Below are positions 58,627-64,000 of a stretch of DNA of 64,000 nt, piece after piece. Origin of the DNA: Firmicutes bacterium CAG:449 (GTDB lineage Bacteria > Bacillota_I > Bacilli_A > RFN20 > CAG-449); contig FR889447.1 in the NCBI GenBank assembly GCA_000432895.1, positions 20,182 through 84,181 of the forward strand. Reading direction: 5' to 3'. The position numbers were made by a program, and so were the translations under genes. Positions within the stretch are counted from its first letter, which is position 1. Each line of letters opens with the position of its first letter. The notes under the pieces are model-generated. The model did not search any database and was not told where the DNA came from. It worked only from the letters and a program-made list of their open reading frames with translations.

Positions 58627-61290
58627 ATGAAAAGAAATTTAATTTATATTACATCATGCTTAATTCTTTTTAATTTATTTGCTTGCTCATCTAATAATTC
58701 TTCTATAGATGATACAAGTAATACTAGTCAAACTAGTGAAACTTCTTTTCTAGAAGCAGTCAATGCGACAAAAGATAACTTCCAATTAGATACTTATTAT
58801 TATGAAGTAGATAATTTAAAATCTTATCTAAATCATTATCAACATAGTAATATTCGATACGATGGAAGTAAATCAATTTATTGGAAAAAATATGTAACTG
58901 CATATACTGAAGATAAAAATGAATTTGAAAAATTGTTAAATATTGATGATAATTATCAACAAATGGTTTTTTATCTTGAAGATGGAGTTCTTCAAGAAAG
59001 GTTAAAAAATGAAGAAGATGTTTGGAAACAATTTAATTATAAACCAACATTTAGTTTCGATGAAAAGATTACTGATTATATAATTGCTGATCATTACCAT
59101 GAACAAGATGGATTTTATTATTTAAATGATGAATATTTAGGAACTGAAGAATGTTCTAGATTAACTGGATATTATGGATCCTATTCTTATTTAAATCAAA
59201 TTTTTGATTATGTTTGTTTTTCTATCAAAGATGGAAAACTTGATGAATATAAGTTTAAAGTAAAGTTTACTAGTATGAAAACAACTACTTTTGATTATGA
59301 TGCGAATGTTGAATTAACAGGAAAATTTTCTAATATAGGAACAATTGATTTAAAAGTTCCAGCTTTACCTGTTTATCCAGAAGATTTACTTCCTGAACAA
59401 AAAGAATTAGAAGAAGCTAAAATAAAGACTGAAAAAAATTATACTTATAATGAAAAATATAGTATTACTGATGAAAATGGTGAAACAAAAACTTATGATT
59501 TTATTGAACAAGTCAATAATCGTTCATTTAGAAATTATATGTATTCAGAATTTGCAGGATGTTATGTGGATTCTTATACTTATGATGTAGTAAGTATTAG
59601 TTTCTCTGGTGGTGTCCACACCACGACATATGATACATCTTTATATTATTATGATGATCATACTGAATATTATTCTAATGATATGGATATTGAAGATGAT
59701 TCTGTTTCAAGTGTGGAAAGAATTGGAAGTAGCTTTGGTACAAAAATTTATACTTATAATGAAGAAGAAAAATATTATACTCCTAGATTAGAAAAACCAG
59801 AAAGATATAATCCTCGTAATGAAACATATCTAGATTATGCTTCTAAATCATTTATTCATGGTATTTATGGTGAATATACGACAAATGAAGGAGTTTCATA
59901 TCATTATGATTTTATTGATTTAAAGTTCTATTTAAATGATGAAGGAGTTTTTTCTAAAGCAAGTTATGAATATGATTTAACAATCACTGAAAAAGGTATT
60001 TCTAAAGTTTATAAATGCTCTGGAACTGGCTTGTTCTCTAATGTTGGTACAACTTCATTTGATATTCCAACTGATCCAAATAATGATATAGAACTAGATG
60101 AAAGACTACAAGGGTTATATGATTCAATGAATTTAACTAATTATTCATATGAGGAAACTTATTCTATTTATGATGATAGTGACAATAAATTAGAATTATA
60201 TGGAGTTGAAGGACAACCTGTTTATGATAATGTTTTAAAAGAAAAAGTAAATGGTAGAGATGTTTGTTTATCGCATTATGGATATGTTCCAAGAGTGGAT
60301 AATCAAGAAGAATATGATGTTGAGTTTGTTGATGAATATTATCATTATGGTGATTATAACTTAGTTAGATCATATAAATTACAAAATTATGAACAATTAT
60401 TCTTCAATTATGCAGGAACTTATAAATTTACTCCTTGCATTGAAGCATTAAAGAATTACTTAAAATATTTTAAATTTGTAAGAACAAGAACTATTAATAA
60501 TCAAGAAGCATATGTTTTCTCTTTACCAGAAGTGTATGCTAAAATGTATGGATCAAGTATTGTTAGTAGTGTTGATGAAAATTCTTATACAAAATTCAAT
60601 AGTTTAAATTTAACTATTATTGGTAATGAAATATATCAAATTTCTTATGATTATGATTATTATAATAAAACAGATTATATTGGTGTTTGTTCAGGCAAAA
60701 TTAAAATAAATGGTTTCGGTACTACAGAAGTCAATATTCCTAATTTTAATGAAAGCGATTATGAAGTAACTACTCTACAAGATTCAGTTAATTTATTAAA
60801 AGATTCTTCTTATAACTACAAAGATTCAGCAAAAATTTCTTATTTTTCTAATAGAACTATTGGAAATTATATAAATATTAATAATTCATTTAATGTTACT
60901 AGTGAGCAAGAAAATGAATATTATTTAAATGATAATAAGCAATTATGTTTAGATATGAATCTTAAAGATAAAGATTATACGTTTGCAGTTTTATCAAAAT
61001 TAGATATAGATATTTCCAAAATAGATCAAAGAAAATTTTATTGTGATAGTAATGGAACATTTGTTTTAAAAAGTGAATATAAAAATGAATTTTTTAAAGA
61101 GGTATTACCAATAGAAGAACAATTTGGTGAAGGTAATGTTCAACCTCAAAATATTTCTATTGATGCAAATGGAGCTATTTTACAAATTAATTTATCATAC
61201 ATTGTAAGATTTAAATTAGATGATGGAAGTTATGTAGTATTTTATATTACTCGTTCAATTTTAATTTCAAATTCACCAATTATTATGTAA
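58627..61290 (+). CDS. Large Tyr/Asp/Asn-rich surface lipoprotein (887 aa) with three tandem modules of about 230 aa each
   Basis: Lipobox LFAC-SS. Modules end in TGKFSNIGTIDLKVP (about 59.3 kb), GTGLFSNVGTTSFDIP (about 60.0 kb) and GKIKINGFGTTEVNIP (about 60.7 kb). Each is followed by NYTYNEKYSI-like segments. Confidence 0.6.
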   Translation: MKRNLIYITSCLILFNLFACSSNNSSIDDTSNTSQTSETSFLEAVNATKDNFQLDTYYYEVDNLKSYLNHYQHSNIRYDGSKSIYWKKYVTAYTEDKNEFEKLLNIDDNYQQMVFYLEDGVLQERLKNEEDVWKQFNYKPTFSFDEKITDYIIADHYHEQDGFYYLNDEYLGTEECSRLTGYYGSYSYLNQIFDYVCFSIKDGKLDEYKFKVKFTSMKTTTFDYDANVELTGKFSNIGTIDLKVPALPVYPEDLLPEQKELEEAKIKTEKNYTYNEKYSITDENGETKTYDFIEQVNNRSFRNYMYSEFAGCYVDSYTYDVVSISFSGGVHTTTYDTSLYYYDDHTEYYSNDMDIEDDSVSSVERIGSSFGTKIYTYNEEEKYYTPRLEKPERYNPRNETYLDYASKSFIHGIYGEYTTNEGVSYHYDFIDLKFYLNDEGVFSKASYEYDLTITEKGISKVYKCSGTGLFSNVGTTSFDIPTDPNNDIELDERLQGLYDSMNLTNYSYEETYSIYDDSDNKLELYGVEGQPVYDNVLKEKVNGRDVCLSHYGYVPRVDNQEEYDVEFVDEYYHYGDYNLVRSYKLQNYEQLFFNYAGTYKFTPCIEALKNYLKYFKFVRTRTINNQEAYVFSLPEVYAKMYGSSIVSSVDENSYTKFNSLNLTIIGNEIYQISYDYDYYNKTDYIGVCSGKIKINGFGTTEVNIPNFNESDYEVTTLQDSVNLLKDSSYNYKDSAKISYFSNRTIGNYININNSFNVTSEQENEYYLNDNKQLCLDMNLKDKDYTFAVLSKLDIDISKIDQRKFYCDSNGTFVLKSEYKNEFFKEVLPIEEQFGEGNVQPQNISIDANGAILQINLSYIVRFKLDDGSYVVFYITRSILISNSPIIM

Positions 61291-61309
61291 GAAAGGGGAT
61301 AATTAGATT

Positions 61310-63247
61310 ATGAAAATGAAAAAATTATTATTAACAACTTTACTTGCTTCAACTTTATTAGTTGGATGCAATTCTACACCTACTTCAAGTGAAGTAACTG
61401 AACAATATATGATTTATCAAAAAGCTGTTGAAGAAGGAAAGTTTACAGGTACTTATGAAGAATGGCTAGCTTCTATTAAAGGTGAAAAAGGCGACACTGG
61501 AGAAAAAGGCGATAAGGGGGATCCTGGAGAAAAAGGCGATAAGGGAGATCCTGGAGAAAAAGGTGATAAAGGAGATCCTGGAGAAAAAGGTGAAGATGGA
61601 AAAGATTCACCTCATTATGGTGAAAAACATACAGTCACTTTTAGTTTAAACGATGATGAATTTTTACCAGCAAATACCTCTACTACTTTAGAAGTTAATT
61701 ATGGAGATGTAATAAGTTTACCTATTCCTACTAAAGAAGGTTATACATTTGTTGGTTGGTTTACTGGCGATACTGTTAATGATGGACAATGGTTTAATCA
61801 TACAGCGGTTTTTGATGATATTACTTTATTTGCTAGATTTGCTTTAACTGAATATACTTTACCAACTAATGTAAAAGTTGTTTCAGGCGAAAAGGAAACA
61901 TATCATTATGGAGATGTTGTTACTTTGGAACCAGTTTTAAATGAAGGTGAAACTTTTAAAAAATTTACTTTTAGTTCTGTCTTTTTTAATCAAGGAGTGG
62001 AACAATTTACTTCCACATATTCTAGTAATTATCAATTAAAATATATTCTTGGTAAAAATACAAATTTACAAGTAGAAACTTTTGCTACTCCTACTTCCAC
62101 TGATGGAACAGAAGGAACTTATATTGGAGAATTAAAAAATGGCGATGAAATATTAGAATTTACTATTGTTCTTGATGGATTAGGCTCATATTGGTTTAAT
62201 GGTGATCGTTCTAGTATGGAAGTAAGTAATTTTGGTCATGTTGAAGATTGGGTAAGTGGAACAACAGAAAATTTATATTTTTCACCTTATATTGTTACAG
62301 GTAGTGAAACTGCTTTATATGATTCTTCAATTCATCTTAATGAAGAAATGCCTGATGGTAATCTTTATTCATATATTTTAGGTAAAGATGATCACGATGA
62401 TAAAGAAGTTTATTTATGGTTAGATGGTAATAAATATGAAGAAAGTACTTGTGATTATGCTGGCACATATTCTGATGCAACTGTAACAATTAAAATTAAT
62501 GAAGATGGAACAGGTACAATAACTGGGGATAGTTCTGTTAATGTTACTTCTTCAAAAAGAATAAGTGAAACCGTTATTGAATTAACTGATGAATATGGTG
62601 AAGTTTATAAACTTACTCTTCAAAGTGATGGAAAATATAAAATAAGATATGAGGATGAAACTCATTTATTAACATTTAAAGCTTATGTATTCCAATGGTT
62701 TGGAGTCTTTAAAGGAGTATATACTCCAGAAGAGGAAGAATGTGAAGTCAAATTAGTGGTTAATAAAGATAAAACTGCAGAAATTTATGTAAGTGGAATT
62801 AGTATAGGAACTTATGTAGTTAGTGAATATGACGATTCTTCACTTACTTTAATGGATGAATATAACGAAACAATAAAAGTCAGTTTACAACTAACAGGTT
62901 CTAATCAAGGAAAATATCGTTTACGTTTAGAAGATGGAACAGCTTATTTAACATTTACATCACTTGCAAATAATCCTTTAGAAGGTTTAACATTTACTGG
63001 AACATGTTCAGAAACTGAAGGAGAACATAAATTTGTTTTCAAAGAAGATTTTAAAGTAGATTATTATTGTGATGGTGCTCTTACATATGAAAATATGAAA
63101 GTAGATATTTCAAATTATCCTACTTCAATTGTTCTTATTGATGCTAATGATGAAGCAATTACATATACTTTAACTTTTACAAACGAAACAACTTTTACAG
63201 TTAACATGAAAGATGATTGTAGAAAAGTAACATATACTAAAAAATAA
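61310..63247 (+). CDS. Surface lipoprotein with collagen-like (Gly-X-Y)14 segment, Listeria-Bacteroides (Flg_new) repeat and three C-terminal repeats
   Basis: Lipobox LVGC-NS. GEKGDTGEKGDKGDPGEKGDKGDPGEKGDKGDPGEKGEDGKDS. Flg_new motif EGYTFVGWFTGDT. C-terminal repeats ...DEYGEVYKLTLQSDGKYKIRYEDETHLLTF and ...DEYNETIKVSLQLTGSNQGKYRLRLEDGTAYLTF. Confidence 0.65.
   Translation: MKMKKLLLTTLLASTLLVGCNSTPTSSEVTEQYMIYQKAVEEGKFTGTYEEWLASIKGEKGDTGEKGDKGDPGEKGDKGDPGEKGDKGDPGEKGEDGKDSPHYGEKHTVTFSLNDDEFLPANTSTTLEVNYGDVISLPIPTKEGYTFVGWFTGDTVNDGQWFNHTAVFDDITLFARFALTEYTLPTNVKVVSGEKETYHYGDVVTLEPVLNEGETFKKFTFSSVFFNQGVEQFTSTYSSNYQLKYILGKNTNLQVETFATPTSTDGTEGTYIGELKNGDEILEFTIVLDGLGSYWFNGDRSSMEVSNFGHVEDWVSGTTENLYFSPYIVTGSETALYDSSIHLNEEMPDGNLYSYILGKDDHDDKEVYLWLDGNKYEESTCDYAGTYSDATVTIKINEDGTGTITGDSSVNVTSSKRISETVIELTDEYGEVYKLTLQSDGKYKIRYEDETHLLTFKAYVFQWFGVFKGVYTPEEEECEVKLVVNKDKTAEIYVSGISIGTYVVSEYDDSSLTLMDEYNETIKVSLQLTGSNQGKYRLRLEDGTAYLTFTSLANNPLEGLTFTGTCSETEGEHKFVFKEDFKVDYYCDGALTYENMKVDISNYPTSIVLIDANDEAITYTLTFTNETTFTVNMKDDCRKVTYTKK
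61499..61579 (+). repeat. Three near-identical 27-bp tandem repeats (GGAGAAAAAGGCGATAAGGGGGATCCT) encoding GEKGDKGDP
   Basis: Copies at 61499-61525, 61526-61552 and 61553-61579 differ only at synonymous positions. Confidence 0.9.
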
Positions 63248-63273
63248 AAAAACTTTAGAAGTATAAAATTATT

Positions 63274-63326
63274 AGACATGGAAAGAAATCCTAAAATTAG
63301 GTATAAATTCCATGTCTTATTTTTTT
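63274..63326 (+). terminator. Intrinsic terminator of the collagen-like lipoprotein gene
   Basis: AGACATGGA ... TCCATGTCT with a 26-nt loop containing the mini-hairpin CCTAAAATTAGG, followed by T7. Confidence 0.7.
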
Positions 63327-63434
63327 AATAAAAATAGAAATGTAGTATTTTTTCTTATTTTAATGTGAAAAACTTTTATAAAAATAAATATTTTAATTGT
63401 ATTAACTTTATAAAGCAATTATATTTATTTTGTA

Positions 63435-63471
63435 GTTAGATTTGACTAACTTATAGTTAGTTATATCTAAC
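63435..63471 (+). promoter_or_regulatory. Two 16-bp palindromes GTTAG-N6-CTAAC spaced 21 bp apart (candidate operator) just upstream of an RBS
   Basis: GTTAGATTTGACTAAC at 63435-63450 and GTTAGTTATATCTAAC at 63456-63471. A candidate promoter TTGTAT-17-TATATT at 63397-63425 lies immediately upstream. Confidence 0.45.
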
Positions 63472-63487
63472 ATTAAGGAAATTATAT

Positions 63488-64000
63488 ATTAAAAAATTTA
63501 ATTTAATTTTAGGTTTATTGCTTTCTAGTGCTACTATTATTGGTTTATCTTCTTGTGGAGAAACAGTAAATAATGCAATTAAAGATTTTACTGTTCAAGA
63601 AGTTAATAATGTTAGTTATGGTGATGAAATCGATTTTTCTAAATTAGTAAGTATAGAAACTGACTCGGATGTAGCTTTTTTTAAAGTTAAACTTACTTCT
63701 TTAACTCCTTCTACTATTAGTATTGATTCTGAAAAATCTTCTATTGCTATTGTTATTGGTGTAGGAGAATGTTCAGTTAAAGTTAATGTGGGTAATTTAG
63801 AAAAAACTGTTAGTTTTACTAGTTATGCGACAGTAAGCTCTATTTCTGTTAAAAGAGTAACTACCACTTTAAAAGTTGGCGATAGTATAAATCTTGATGA
63901 ATATGTTGCAATTAAAGTTGCATCCCCTAAGGGAAGCCAAGGAGCTTATTTTGCAACTTCTAAAAATGAAGATGTTGCTTTAATTAGTCAAGATGGAAAA
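63488..64000 (+). CDS. Lipoprotein, partial (continues past window end), apparent ATT start codon
   Basis: An open frame from 63461 runs to the window end: (I)KKFNLILGLLLSSATIIGLSSCGETVNN..., a classic lipoprotein signal. No ATG/GTG/TTG precedes the signal peptide. ATT at 63488 lies 7 nt after the RBS AAGGAA (63475-63480). Confidence 0.4.
   Translation, partial: MKKFNLILGLLLSSATIIGLSSCGETVNNAIKDFTVQEVNNVSYGDEIDFSKLVSIETDSDVAFFKVKLTSLTPSTISIDSEKSSIAIVIGVGECSVKVNVGNLEKTVSFTSYATVSSISVKRVTTTLKVGDSINLDEYVAIKVASPKGSQGAYFATSKNEDVALISQDGK

Noticed and set aside
1-64000. CRISPR arrays, tRNA/rRNA genes, IS elements, integrases
   Set aside because: No spacer-repeat periodicity, no cloverleaf-compatible conserved tRNA boxes, and no transposase- or recombinase-like ORFs were found on either strand.

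Overview
This is a low-GC (~27-28% GC) window from an anaerobic Firmicutes/Mollicutes-like bacterium. It uses the standard genetic code, with UGA as a stop codon and TGG for Trp, and it carries many lipoproteins with Cys lipoboxes.

The window spans the chromosomal replication origin. dnaN and dnaA lie on the minus strand. A bipartite DnaA-box origin flanks dnaA. rpmH-rnpA-yidC-jag lie on the plus strand.

Origin-proximal synteny is broken in two places. dnaN is followed by a sugar-uptake/GH43 operon rather than recF-gyrB. jag is separated from mnmE by about 11 kb of accessory genes: a CarD-like protein, surface lipoproteins and a complete seven-step shikimate operon.

A tightly packed plus-strand array runs from 15.4 to 24.8 kb. 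It contains aroB, aroC, a fused aroE-aroK, aroQ, a DAHP synthase gene, aroA, mnmE, tatD, rnmV and rsmA. After it come an M23 peptidase gene, comFA/comFC, cspA, tilS, ftsH, a membrane metallophosphoesterase gene and dus. Next are a Glf-like FAD oxidoreductase gene overlapping a GT-C-like membrane protein gene, an AraC-regulated rhaBAD operon, lysS, and a GH2 lacZ-like gene preceded by a decayed GH2 fragment.

The most striking feature is one long minus-strand transcription unit, rex-adhE-fdx-hydS(PAS)-PP2C-hyd. Here an hfsABCD-like sensory [FeFe]-hydrogenase / PP2C signalling module is fused into the redox-regulated ethanol-fermentation operon. Downstream of it is a feoA-feoA-feoB locus plus a small Cys-rich membrane protein.

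Other notable observations:
- A large surface lipoprotein gene is frameshifted by a 20-bp tandem duplication.
- A secreted CX5R tyrosine-phosphatase lipoprotein lies next to it.
- Three large repeat-containing lipoproteins follow the feo locus, one with collagen-like 27-bp tandem repeats.
- The last lipoprotein gene appears to start at ATT and is preceded by two 16-bp palindromes that look like an operator.

No rRNA, tRNA, CRISPR or transposase was detected.
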